The translations under genes were made by a program, and so were the position numbers. A stretch of 64,000 bases of DNA from Candidatus Latescibacterota bacterium (GTDB lineage: Bacteria > Latescibacterota > UBA2968): the NCBI GenBank assembly GCA_965204745.1, contig OZ242010.1, forward strand, positions 5,408,001 to 5,472,000, read 5' to 3'. Below the pieces are notes generated by a model, which did not search any database, was not told where the DNA came from, and saw only the letters and a list, made by a program, of their open reading frames with translations. Below are positions 39,448 through 48,843 of the stretch, piece after piece; the stretch's first letter is position 1; the number at the start of each line of letters is the position of its first letter.

Positions 39448-40491
39448 GTGAAAGCAGCGCAGATTGTCGCCCGCAGGCGCGTGGTGGTTGTCGATGCAGA
39501 GGAGCCGCAACTCACGGCTGCCGGGCAAGTGAAAATTCGGTTGGAACGCGCGTGTTTGTGCGGGTCAGACGTGCCTTTGTGGAATTGCGATCACAATGAA
39601 TTGGCCGAAGTCGCGCAGCGCGATCCGCGCCGGGCCAAGTGCGTGCCATTTGTCGATTACGTGCATGGAGATCCGTATCCCCTGCGCGTGGGCCTGTCGA
39701 TTCACGAATGCTTGGGCACGGTGGTCGCATCCACATCCGACCGATTTCAGGAGGGCGATTTTGTGCTCGCATTGCCCGATAGCCAAACCGGGTTGTGCGA
39801 ATATATGTGCGCGCCCGAGAGCCGAATCATTCCCCTGCCAAAAGGCGCTGTGCCAGACGAACAAATTTTGATGACGCAACCCTTGGGCACAGTGGTATGG
39901 GCGTGTCAACGGCTGGGCAATATCGTGGATGCGGATGTGGTCATCGTGGGGCAAGGGCCGATGGGCTTGCTGTTCACGCGCATGATCGGCAATTTGGGCG
40001 CACGAAGCGTGATTGGGATGGACGAGTTGGATTACCGCTTGCACGCGGCAAAAAAGATGGGCGCGACCCATGTGGTCAATGTCGATGAGACCGACGCGGA
40101 AGAAGCCGTGCGCGAGATCACCGGGGGCGAGATGGCGGATCTGGTCGTGGAGGTGGTCGGGCATCAGACCGAGACCTTGAATGCGTGCATGAAACTCCTG
40201 CGGCGGTTGGGCACTCTATTGTGCTTTGGGGTGCCGGACGATGTGTATTATCCCTTTGCGTACGCGGAGTTTTTCAGGCTCAATCTCAATCTGATTTCCA
40301 CGGTGGGGCCGAATGTACAACCCAATTTTTCGCTCGCCCGCGACTTGATCGCGCAAGGACGGGTGGATGTGGCACCGCTGGTGACGCATGTATTGCCATT
40401 TGAGGACATTCAGCGCGGGTACGAGTTGTTCGCGGACCGCAGGGATGGCGCCATTAAAGTGGTGATGGATTACGATTCGTTGAGGACCTGA
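39448..40491 (+). CDS. Zinc-binding (MDR) alcohol dehydrogenase family
   Basis: LCGSD, HECLG, VGQGPMG, AIKVV. Confidence 0.85.
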   Translation: MKAAQIVARRRVVVVDAEEPQLTAAGQVKIRLERACLCGSDVPLWNCDHNELAEVAQRDPRRAKCVPFVDYVHGDPYPLRVGLSIHECLGTVVASTSDRFQEGDFVLALPDSQTGLCEYMCAPESRIIPLPKGAVPDEQILMTQPLGTVVWACQRLGNIVDADVVIVGQGPMGLLFTRMIGNLGARSVIGMDELDYRLHAAKKMGATHVVNVDETDAEEAVREITGGEMADLVVEVVGHQTETLNACMKLLRRLGTLLCFGVPDDVYYPFAYAEFFRLNLNLISTVGPNVQPNFSLARDLIAQGRVDVAPLVTHVLPFEDIQRGYELFADRRDGAIKVVMDYDSLRT

Positions 40492-40516
40492 CAAAAGGGG
40501 GTTTTTGCTCGTGGCA

Positions 40517-42097
40517 ATGACGTTTGAAAACGGCGCAGTGGTCGGACAACCCGAGTCCGATTCTGCGGCTGTGAGTATCTTACAAAAAGGTGGCAATGCC
40601 GTGGATGCGGCTGTTGGCGCAGCCTTTCTCGCGTGCGTTGCAACGCCCAAGTCCTGCGGCATTGGCGGGTATGGCGGGGTGATGACCGCGTACATTGGCG
40701 GCGAAGTCGTCTGCGTCGATTTTAATACAGTCGCGCCGCGGGCGGCCCATGCGCGCCTGTTTCGCGTGACGCGCTCGGACGGGCGGTTTGGCTCTGTGGT
40801 CGGCGGGTATGCCAATCAGGTGGGGTGCAAAGCCATTTCCGTGCCCGGAGTGCTGGCAGGCCTGGGCCTCGCGCTGGAGAAGTTCGGCAAGATGAGGTTG
40901 GCAGACGTGCTCGCGCCGGCGATTCGCGCGTGTCAAAGCGGGTTTCGGGTGTCGGCAAATTACGCGGCAGGCATTGCCCAAAGCGAGCGGCGCATCCGGG
41001 AATTTCCGGAAACCGAGCGGTTGTTGCTGATCGATGGCGAAGTGCCCAAAACCGGAGATCGGGTGAAAAACCCCGAGTTGGGCGACTTGCTCGGTCAGGT
41101 CGCGGACAAGGGCGTGCGCGAGTTTTACGAGGGAGACATCGCAGAGCGCGTCGCCAAGCACGTTCGGGACAATGGCGGGGTCTTATCGCGCAATGATTTG
41201 GCAAAGTACGAGGCGCGAGTGGTCGATCCCATCCACGAGGTGTGCATGGAATACGACGTGTACAGTTCGCCGCTTTGTAGCGCGGGCGTGAGCTTGGTGC
41301 AGATGTGTGCCATTGCCGACGTGGCCGAATTGGATCTGTACGCACGCGACGCGGCCCGCTTGGCCCATGGCATGGTCGAAACCATCCGTGCGGCGTGGAT
41401 GGATCGGTACCGGCATTTTGGCGATCCGAGGTTCGTCACTGTGCCCCTGGACATTCTGATGTCGGATGTCCACTTGGGCGCGACCGCAAAAGAGGTCGCC
41501 GCCTATATTGCCGAGGGCAAACGCGGTCAATCCCTGTTGCGGCCATTTTACACGGGCGGCACCACGCATATTTGCACCGCAGACGCGCAAAACAATCTGG
41601 TCGCGCTGACCCTCACGCACGGGCCGAGCTTTGGGTCTTTTGTCACCATCCCCGGCATGGGCTTGCTGATGAACGCGGGCATGTCGCGGTTCGATCCCGG
41701 TTCCGGGTTGAAAAACTCCATTGGCCCCGGCAAAGCGCCGATTATGAACATGTGCCCGGCCATCGTGTTGCGCGATGGCGAACCCGTGCTGACCATTGGC
41801 GCGTCCGGGGGCACGCGCATCCCGTCGTCCGTGTTTCAGGTGTTGGCGCGCAGGCTAGTGCTCGACGAAGACCCCGAATGGTCGATCTCCGCGCCGCGCG
41901 TGCATTCAGAGGGCAATGAGTGGGTGCGTTTGGAAGAAGAGTTCGGCGAGGCCGCGCCGGACTATCTCCAGTCCATTGGGTACAAGGTCCATACCAAAGG
42001 CGCGGTAGCCGCCCATGTGCGGATGATCGAAGTCGCAGAAGACGGCCTGCTGGCAATGTACGACCCACGCATGAAAGCACGGGAGAAGGGGTACTGA
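40517..42097 (+). CDS. ggt: Gamma-glutamyltransferase family
   Basis: GGNAVDAA, GIGGYGG, VPGVLAG, GTTH nucleophile, GASGG.RI. Confidence 0.9.
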   Translation: MTFENGAVVGQPESDSAAVSILQKGGNAVDAAVGAAFLACVATPKSCGIGGYGGVMTAYIGGEVVCVDFNTVAPRAAHARLFRVTRSDGRFGSVVGGYANQVGCKAISVPGVLAGLGLALEKFGKMRLADVLAPAIRACQSGFRVSANYAAGIAQSERRIREFPETERLLLIDGEVPKTGDRVKNPELGDLLGQVADKGVREFYEGDIAERVAKHVRDNGGVLSRNDLAKYEARVVDPIHEVCMEYDVYSSPLCSAGVSLVQMCAIADVAELDLYARDAARLAHGMVETIRAAWMDRYRHFGDPRFVTVPLDILMSDVHLGATAKEVAAYIAEGKRGQSLLRPFYTGGTTHICTADAQNNLVALTLTHGPSFGSFVTIPGMGLLMNAGMSRFDPGSGLKNSIGPGKAPIMNMCPAIVLRDGEPVLTIGASGGTRIPSSVFQVLARRLVLDEDPEWSISAPRVHSEGNEWVRLEEEFGEAAPDYLQSIGYKVHTKGAVAAHVRMIEVAEDGLLAMYDPRMKAREKGY

Positions 42098-42503
42098 GGG
42101 GAGAGGCAAGACGGGAGAGGCAAGAGGCAAGAGGCAAGACGTAAGAGGCAAGACGTAAGAGGTAAGACGTAAGAGGCAAGAGGGGAGTTTAGCCACAAAA
42201 GGCACAAAAGGGGTACAACTGGCGATAGCCCGTTCAAAGGTGAGCAGTATATATCGCCCAAAGAGGCAAGACGTAAGAGGCAAGAGGGCAGGCCACCGTC
42301 ATTCCGGCGAAAGCCTGCCCCTATATGCTTTTGGCTGACCGCTAGGTATGCGGACAAGCACAGGGGCCTGTCCCTACGGGGCTTGGGGATGGGTGGACTG
42401 ACAACTGACTACTGACAACTTGGGCGGTGGCGGGGTTGCCTCACCTCTCCCGTCTTACGTCTCACTGAAGGGGGTTGGGCAGGGTGGGAACTGACAACTG
42501 ATT
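42098..42503. repeat. Large multi-family repeat mosaic
   Basis: Purine heptamers, family B, GTCATTCCGGCGAAAGCC fragment (42298), REP-like 42352-42377, ACTGAC heptamers before the RBS. Confidence 0.8.
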
Positions 42504-42518
42504 TTAGGAGATGAGTCC

Positions 42519-43637
42519 ATGGAAAATTATCCCTTTGGCAGTGGGCGGCCCGATCCGGGGTCGTTTCCCAACCGCGAATTGGGCGAGGCGGCCATGCGTA
42601 TTTTGCCCGAGATGGGCGATGAGTTGGCCCTGTATCCCGGCACATTGGGGTATCGGCCCCTGCGACAGGTGATGGCGGATCGCTTGTCACATCGCGAGGG
42701 CGTCGCCCCCCCGATTGACGAGATCGCATTGACTAATGGCTCGATGCAAGCCGTGACCCTGATGGCGCAGGTGTTTGTCGATCAGCCCGGCGATGGGGTG
42801 GTGATGGAGGAATTTTGTTATTCGGGTACGATTGGCGCGTATCAAAAAGAGGGCGCGGAATTGGTGGGCATTCCGGTGGATGAACACGGCATGCGGATGG
42901 ACGCGCTGTCCGATGAACTAAAAAAACGGGCCGCGAAGGGCAAGTTGCCCAAGTTCATTTACGTGCTGGCGACGTTTCAAAATCCCACGGGCGCGATTAT
43001 GCCCCTCGAGCGGCGCAAGGAATTGCTGCAAATCGCCGCGCAGTACGCGCTCCCGGTTGTGGAAGATCACTGTTATGCCGATACGGTGTACGAAGACGAT
43101 TATTACGTGCCCGCGCTCTATACCCTGCCTGCGGAGGTGCCGGTGGTGCATATCGAATCGCTGTCCAAAATTTTGGGGCCGGGCGTGCGCTTGGGGTGCT
43201 TTTTTGCCGAGCAACCCCTGTTGGGCAAAATTTTGCAAATTCGCCGGGACGGGGGAACGAGTTCGCTGGCCGCGGCGGTCGTGTACGAGTATTTCCGCGA
43301 GCACCTGTGGACGCACGTCAATCGCATCAATGCGATAGTGAAGCAAAAGCGCGATGCGATGTTTGAGATGCTCGGGCAATTTCCCGATGCGTTTGAGTGG
43401 TTTAGCCGACCCAAGGGCGGGTTGTTCATCTGGGTCAAATTGCCCGATGCCACCGATGTGGTCAAGTGCGAACAAGTCGCCGAGTCCCGCGGGATCGATT
43501 ACGCCACGGGCAAGGCGTTTCACGTCTTCCGCCGCGATGTGCCCTACCTGCGCCTCGCGTTTGGGTACGCGTCGCTGGCACAAATTCGAGAAGGCATTCC
43601 AAAGTTGGCCGAATGCGTGATTGAGACGCAAAGTTGA
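42519..43637 (+). CDS. PLP-dependent aminotransferase (class I/II, MocR/2-aminoadipate transaminase-like)
   Basis: TNGSMQA, FQNPTG, EDHCY, SLSKILGPGVRLG, LRLAF. Confidence 0.9.
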   Translation: MENYPFGSGRPDPGSFPNRELGEAAMRILPEMGDELALYPGTLGYRPLRQVMADRLSHREGVAPPIDEIALTNGSMQAVTLMAQVFVDQPGDGVVMEEFCYSGTIGAYQKEGAELVGIPVDEHGMRMDALSDELKKRAAKGKLPKFIYVLATFQNPTGAIMPLERRKELLQIAAQYALPVVEDHCYADTVYEDDYYVPALYTLPAEVPVVHIESLSKILGPGVRLGCFFAEQPLLGKILQIRRDGGTSSLAAAVVYEYFREHLWTHVNRINAIVKQKRDAMFEMLGQFPDAFEWFSRPKGGLFIWVKLPDATDVVKCEQVAESRGIDYATGKAFHVFRRDVPYLRLAFGYASLAQIREGIPKLAECVIETQS

Positions 43638-43639
43638 GG
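43542..43639 (+). repeat. 98-bp direct repeat, copy 1 (aminotransferase 3' end)
   Basis: 94/98 identical to 45078-45175. Confidence 0.92.
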
Positions 43640-43695
43640 TGGCGGTTTGGTCGCTGATCGGTTTTACGCGAACGCATCATTGAGGAGATTCAGCC

Positions 43696-43979
43696 ATGGC
43701 GGATTCACCTATCGCATTGATTTCTGACCCTGATCGCACAATGGGCCTGCCTTCAAAGACCGCTACCATCTGGCGAGCATGGACGCGCAAACGCGCACAA
43801 CACGCGCCCACGCTCGAACAGGTCCAAGAGATCACAAAAAAAGTGCAACTCAATGTCACACAGACCATCTTGGAAGAACGCAGGAAAACCTCGTGAGCGC
43901 AGATATCGACTTAAACGCATTGGCCCGGCAAGTCAACATTTTGACATTTGATCCTGAAAATCCTTTTTCATTCCTCTAA
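43696..43979 (+). pseudogene. Collapsed antitoxin + PIN toxin remnants
   Basis: GAGGAG RBS; ISDPDRTMGLP (DUF433-like start), PTLEQVQEITKK..IL.EERR (antitoxin-like end), then LVSADIDLNALARQVNILTFDP (PIN C-terminus-like). Confidence 0.45.
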
Positions 43980-43992
43980 AAATGGGTTCGCT

Positions 43993-44958
43993 ATGGCACT
44001 TGATGATCTGACAGCCACTATCGAAAAATTGCAAGACAAAATTAGGACACATCACCCGTACCTTTCTGGTAATGAGACAGCCACGCGGCAAGTGCTGATC
44101 GATCCCCTGTTGCTGGCGTTGGGATGGGATGTGTCGGATCCGGCACAAGTTGCGTTGGAGTATTCAGCAGGAGGGGGACGAGTTGATTACGCGCTGATGT
44201 CAAACGATGCCCCTGTCGCTGTAATTGAAGCGAAAAATTTGGGTACCTCATTGGAAGAGCGCGAGACCAGGCAGACTCTCAACTACGCAAATTCTGATGG
44301 CATCCCATATATGGTCGTTACCAACGGCAACGATTGGCGAATGTACGACGTTTTCACCCAGCAAACCATTGAGAAACGCATACTCATGCAGTTTTCGATA
44401 ACTCAAACACCAGCTCATGAGAGTGCGTTGCAAGCGTTGTGGATGTGGCGGTCAAATCTCGCTTCGTCTGGGAATCCCATGCCGGCAAGAGAGCCAGTAT
44501 TGCAGTCCGATGAGAAAGAACTGCCTCCTGCTGATGAGCAAGAAGGGGAAACGCCGCCGCAACCGATTATCGAATCCGACACAGAATCCGGATGGATTGC
44601 ACTGACAGATTTATCAGGAATAAATAAAACCAGTCCAAAGCCAAAGTGTATCAAACTCCCGGATGGACAGACTGAATCGTTTCGAGTTTCTGCGGTAGGC
44701 GTGCTAAGAGAAACTGCGAAATGGCTTGCTAACAGCGGGAAACTGACACCCAAAAACGCTCGGATAGAACATCCGAAATATCAAAACCGTTGTGTTTCGT
44801 CCGACACAGAGCAAACTCTCCAAAAACCAGAAAAAATCTGTGACGGTGTGTACTTCGACAAGAATTGGGGGGCTCAAGATACCATAGAGGGCACAATAGC
44901 ACTTCTCAAACACTGTGGAGAGGATCCGAGCAAAATCCATGTCAAGCTCAACCGATGA
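43993..44958 (+). CDS. HsdR N-terminal-like PD-(D/E)XK restriction nuclease domain protein
   Basis: NETATRQVLIDPLLLALGWD, EY...RVDYAL, IEAK, Y...VTNGNDW; lower GC than flanks. Confidence 0.8.
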   Translation: MALDDLTATIEKLQDKIRTHHPYLSGNETATRQVLIDPLLLALGWDVSDPAQVALEYSAGGGRVDYALMSNDAPVAVIEAKNLGTSLEERETRQTLNYANSDGIPYMVVTNGNDWRMYDVFTQQTIEKRILMQFSITQTPAHESALQALWMWRSNLASSGNPMPAREPVLQSDEKELPPADEQEGETPPQPIIESDTESGWIALTDLSGINKTSPKPKCIKLPDGQTESFRVSAVGVLRETAKWLANSGKLTPKNARIEHPKYQNRCVSSDTEQTLQKPEKICDGVYFDKNWGAQDTIEGTIALLKHCGEDPSKIHVKLNR

Positions 44959-45173
44959 ATACTCGAGAGATGACGACTGAAGAACTGCTTCGGATGGGGG
45001 ATCAAGAGATCGATTTTTCTCTCATTCCCGAATCGGAAGCAGATTTTTTTCCTAGCTGTTTTAAGACGAAATATGACCCCTACCTGCGCCTCGCGTTTGG
45101 GTACGCGTCGCTGGAACAAATCCGAGAAGGCATTCCAAAGCTGGCCGAATGCGTGATGGAGACGCAAAGTTGA
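44955..45173 (+). pseudogene. BrnA-like antitoxin N-terminus fused to the duplicated aminotransferase 3' end
   Basis: M.DQEIDFSLIPESEADFF then PYLRLAFGYASLEQIREGIPKLAECVMETQS. Confidence 0.55.
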
Positions 45174-45175
45174 GG
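45078..45175 (+). repeat. 98-bp direct repeat, copy 2
   Basis: Duplicate of 43542-43639. Confidence 0.92.
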
Positions 45176-45223
45176 GGTCGGTTTTGGCAAGTGTGATGCC
45201 TCGAGGTATCCGCAAGGGGAATC

Positions 45224-45430
45224 ATGAACGGAAGGGAATTTGTCAGATATGCCAGACGCTACGCGAGAAAGACAGGGGTGGAGTTCCGCTTTGATCCGCG
45301 CCGCGGCAAGGGTAGCCATGGGACTCTTTATGTGGGCAACCGCTACACAGTGGTCAAGCATGGCGAGATTTCCAAGGGCCTGTTGACAACCATGCTCGAG
45401 CAACTCGGAATTGACAGGAAGGAGTTCTGA
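45224..45430 (+). CDS. hicA: HicA family toxin
   Basis: RRGKGSHGTLY, EISKGLL..ML.QLGI. Confidence 0.85.
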   Translation: MNGREFVRYARRYARKTGVEFRFDPRRGKGSHGTLYVGNRYTVVKHGEISKGLLTTMLEQLGIDRKEF

Positions 45431-45433
45431 ATC

Positions 45434-45868
45434 GTGCAATACGCTTACCCGTGCAATTTGATGCCCGACCCCGAAGAAAGGGAGGGTTTTATCGTGACCT
45501 TTCCCGACGTGCCCGAAGCGATAACAGGGGCGCGAACCAGGGCAGAGTCTCTTTTTTATGCCGAAGACGCCCTCGTCGCCATCCTCGCTGTGTACGTCCA
45601 AGAGAAACGGGAAATCCCAACGCCAAGCCCTGTGGCTACCGGTCAGGAACTCGTCGCTGTCCCGCCTGTGGCCGCCGCTAAGTTGGCCCTCTATACAGCC
45701 ATGTGTAAGCAGGGGATCACCAGGGACGCGCTCGCTGACCGCCTGGGTTTGAGCGAGTCGGTCATCCGCAAATTGATCGACCCGGATTGCTACTCTCACA
45801 TCAGCCAGATCATGAAAGCACTCAAAACCGTCGGGCGCAATCTGGTCGTAGAAGACAGGGCGGCATAA
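45434..45868 (+). CDS. hicB: HicB family antitoxin with HTH
   Basis: FIVTFPDVPEAITGA, IPTPS, AKLALY.AM..QGIT...LA.RLG. Confidence 0.88.
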   Translation: MQYAYPCNLMPDPEEREGFIVTFPDVPEAITGARTRAESLFYAEDALVAILAVYVQEKREIPTPSPVATGQELVAVPPVAAAKLALYTAMCKQGITRDALADRLGLSESVIRKLIDPDCYSHISQIMKALKTVGRNLVVEDRAA

Positions 45869-45888
45869 AATAAAAATGGGAGTGCGAT

Positions 45889-46677
45889 GTGAATGCACCG
45901 ACTTTAGAACGCCCGCCCATTCCGGGCGTCAAATACATTGTTGCTATCGCCAGCGGCAAGGGTGGGGTGGGCAAATCCACGACAGCGGCTAATTTGGCTG
46001 TGGCTCTGGCGATGATGGGGCACGCGGTGGGGCTGATGGATGCGGATATTTACGGCCCGAATGTGCCGATTATGATGGGCACCAAAGCGCAGCCACAGAT
46101 GACGCCCGAGCGCGAAATTGAACCCATTGAGCGGCATGGCGTCAAACTGGTGTCGTTGGGATTGATCGCGGGCGATGGCGTGCCGATTATCTGGCGCGGC
46201 CCCATGCTGGCGAAAATGGTGACGCAATTTGTGCGCGGCGTGGCATGGGCACCGCTCGATTGTCTGGTGATCGACTTGCCACCGGGCACTGGGGATGTGC
46301 AGTTGACGTTGACCCAAACGACCCCGTTGGATGGGGCCTTGATCGTGACCACGCCCCCGTTGGTGGCGCAAGAAGACGTGCGGCGCGGGGTCGAAATGTT
46401 TCGCACGGTTGACGTGCCCGTGCTCGGGGTGATCGAAAATATGAGCACTTACATCTGTAGCAGTTGCGGCACAGAGACTCCGATTTTTGGACGGGGCGGG
46501 GGACAGCGCACCGCAGATGCGTATCGCGTGCCGTTCTTGGGCGCGATACCGTTGCATCGTCAAGTGCAATTAGGCAGCGATGCGGGCGAGCCAATCGCGG
46601 CGGCTGATCCCGACGCGCCACTGGCAAAAATGTACCGCGCCATCGCCGAGCGCGTCTGGCGATCTTTGGCGCGGTGA
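45889..46677 (+). CDS. mrp: Mrp/NBP35 Fe-S cluster carrier ATPase (ApbC-like)
   Basis: SGKGGVGKST, DADIYGP, WRGPM, DLPPGTGD, ENMS..C..C. Confidence 0.92.
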   Translation: MNAPTLERPPIPGVKYIVAIASGKGGVGKSTTAANLAVALAMMGHAVGLMDADIYGPNVPIMMGTKAQPQMTPEREIEPIERHGVKLVSLGLIAGDGVPIIWRGPMLAKMVTQFVRGVAWAPLDCLVIDLPPGTGDVQLTLTQTTPLDGALIVTTPPLVAQEDVRRGVEMFRTVDVPVLGVIENMSTYICSSCGTETPIFGRGGGQRTADAYRVPFLGAIPLHRQVQLGSDAGEPIAAADPDAPLAKMYRAIAERVWRSLAR

Positions 46678-46711
46678 AGTACTTATGCAAGAAATCATGC
46701 CTCTTTTGAAC

Positions 46712-46739
46712 AGGCGGTCGTTCTGCGGTCGCCTTTTTT
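46712..46739 (+). terminator. Putative intrinsic terminator
   Basis: AGGCGGTCG-ttctg-CGGTCGCCT followed by a T-run. Confidence 0.55.
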
Positions 46740-46930
46740 ATTTTTTGGCAACTATACATTCGTTTAGTATATTGTGTTGGTAGGCAAAAAAAGTGTATCT
46801 TTTTAGGCGGTTGTGGGTTTATTTAGAGTACAATTTGGGATTGGGGGTAGGGAGCCACTGGATTACTTACGTTGTGCTTGCGCGTGCGCCTTTGAACGGG
46901 TTGTCGCCAGTTGTACCCCGCTCGTGGCTA

Positions 46931-47349
46931 GGTTGTGTTAACATTTACGAGCCATGCAACGGCTTGAGTGGTTTATCGAGAAAATCAAGCCCTCCCTGAC
47001 GTTCCGCAGTTCAAAGAAGGCATCACAATAAGTGCCATCGCAAAACACCCTCAGATCAAGCCATCACGCACAGCGCGCAAGGCCGTCTCGCAACCCACAT
47101 CCATGTTGCAACCCACTTTGCAGGCTGACGCATATCGTGCGATTACAAAAGCGCTTTGCGCTGTGCAAGCCTCTCGGCGTTTGAGAGCGGCATTTTTTGC
47201 TTACTTTTTTTTGCTGTTGAAAAAAAGTAAGTCGCCGAAGGCATCAAAGGCAACCAACGAGGCTGTAGGACCAAACGTCTTAAATGAGCAAGCAACGCAT
47301 TTGCTACTCTGTGCGGAACGTCAAAAAAAAATAAAATGTCAACACGACC
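46931..47349 (-). mobile_element. Family E MITE, TA target duplication
   Basis: TA-GGTTGTGTTAACATTT...AAATGTCAACACGACC-TA; empty-site sequence GTGGCTAAACTTCCATCT occurs (reverse complement) at 35416-35433. Confidence 0.85.
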
Positions 47350-47450
47350 TAAACTTCCATCTACCTTTTTTCCGCTTTTCCCAAAACCAATTTTCTCATT
47401 GGTGCGTCTAATGTCTTGCAAACTTTGGGCCATGTAACTTGCGAGGGCGA

Positions 47451-48665
47451 ATGATGTTGCAACGTATATCGAATGTGCTGGGGATTTTGATCGTTCTGTG
47501 GATGTTTTCGGGATGCAGCGACGAAGCTGAAACGGACAAGGCGTCGTCTGATGGTGCGGCAAAGGCCGATTCCACGAAGGTGGATTCTGCCAAAGTCGCC
47601 AAAAATCAGAAGCGCAAACGACCACCGAAGCCGAAAGAGACGAACAAGAACCAAAGGAAGAAAGTCGTCGAAGGCGTTCCCGTGAAGGTGTCTGTCGTGG
47701 AGACGGGCGAGATTTCCGATCATGTGTTGTACAGCGCGACCGTGGAAGCCGAAGAGACCATCGACATTTACGCGCGAGGGGCCGGGCTGGTGCGGCGCGT
47801 GCTGGTCGAAGAGGGCACGCAGGTGCGCGAGGGGCAGGTGCTGATCGAACTGGTTGACGACGAGTTGAAGCTCAACGAGGCCGAAGCGCACTTGGCGTAT
47901 CAAAAATTGGCGAGCCAACTCAAGCGCAAAGAGGAGTTGTTCAACCGACAACTGCTCGCCAAAGAGGAATACGAAGACCTCAAGATCAATGTCGAACAGA
48001 GCAAAATTCGGTGGGAACGCTCGCGCTTGGCTCTGGATTACGCTCGCGTGCGCGCGCCTGTCAGCGGGATCATCGCGCGGCGGTTGGTCAAATTGGGCGA
48101 CCGCGTTGGGGGCAATTCCAAGCTGTACGAGATGGTGAATTTGAGCCGCCTGATCGCACACGTACACGTGCCCGGGCAGGGCATGCACAATTTGGCAATC
48201 GGGCAACCCGCGTTGGTGACGACCGATTTTCTGCCCGACACAAAATTCGAGGGCAAGATATTGCGGATCAGCCCAGTGGTCGATCCCAATTCGGGCACGT
48301 TCAAGGTGACGCTGGAACTCGACACGCGGAACCGGCTGTTGCGGCCGGGCATGTTCGTCAATGCACACATCGTCACCGCGACTCATCCCCAAGCCGTGCT
48401 CGTGCCCAAGCGGGCCGTGGTGTACGACGATGGCATGCCGCACGTTTTTGTGGTGTCGGACAGCACGGTCAAGAAGGTGCGCTTTGAAATGGGGTTTGAC
48501 GACACGGAATTTGTCGAAGTGTTGTCCGGCGTGAAAAAGGGCGATCAGATCGTGGTGGTCGGGCAGAACGGGTTGAAGGACAAGGCCAAGGTGCGGATCA
48601 TCAAAGGCGAGGGCCTGCGGATTCCCGCGAAGCCCGATTCGACTGAACAGACCGAAAAGACGTGA
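47451..48665 (+). CDS. RND efflux periplasmic adaptor (MFP), lipoprotein
   Basis: FSGC lipobox, VEEG..V..GQ.L, RAPVSG, LRPGMF, G.K.GDQIVVVGQ. Confidence 0.9.
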   Translation: MMLQRISNVLGILIVLWMFSGCSDEAETDKASSDGAAKADSTKVDSAKVAKNQKRKRPPKPKETNKNQRKKVVEGVPVKVSVVETGEISDHVLYSATVEAEETIDIYARGAGLVRRVLVEEGTQVREGQVLIELVDDELKLNEAEAHLAYQKLASQLKRKEELFNRQLLAKEEYEDLKINVEQSKIRWERSRLALDYARVRAPVSGIIARRLVKLGDRVGGNSKLYEMVNLSRLIAHVHVPGQGMHNLAIGQPALVTTDFLPDTKFEGKILRISPVVDPNSGTFKVTLELDTRNRLLRPGMFVNAHIVTATHPQAVLVPKRAVVYDDGMPHVFVVSDSTVKKVRFEMGFDDTEFVEVLSGVKKGDQIVVVGQNGLKDKAKVRIIKGEGLRIPAKPDSTEQTEKT

Positions 48666-48715
48666 TGCGGAATCGGCAGTTCATCGAAGTTCGCCACGGT
48701 TGAGGGGTTGGGTGG

Positions 48716-48820
48716 GGACTGACTACTGACCACTGACTACTGACCACTGATTTTGATATTGGGCGAGCACGGGGGCATCGCCCCTACACACTGCTCGCCT
48801 TTTGTGCCTTTTGTGGCTAT
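48716..48820. repeat. ACTGAC heptamers + GTAG REP-like + family B fragment
   Basis: gactgactactgaccactgactactgaccactga; GGGCGAGCACGGGGGCATCGCCCCTAC. Confidence 0.75.
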
Positions 48821-48843
48821 CCATCTCACCTGTGGAGAAGAGT

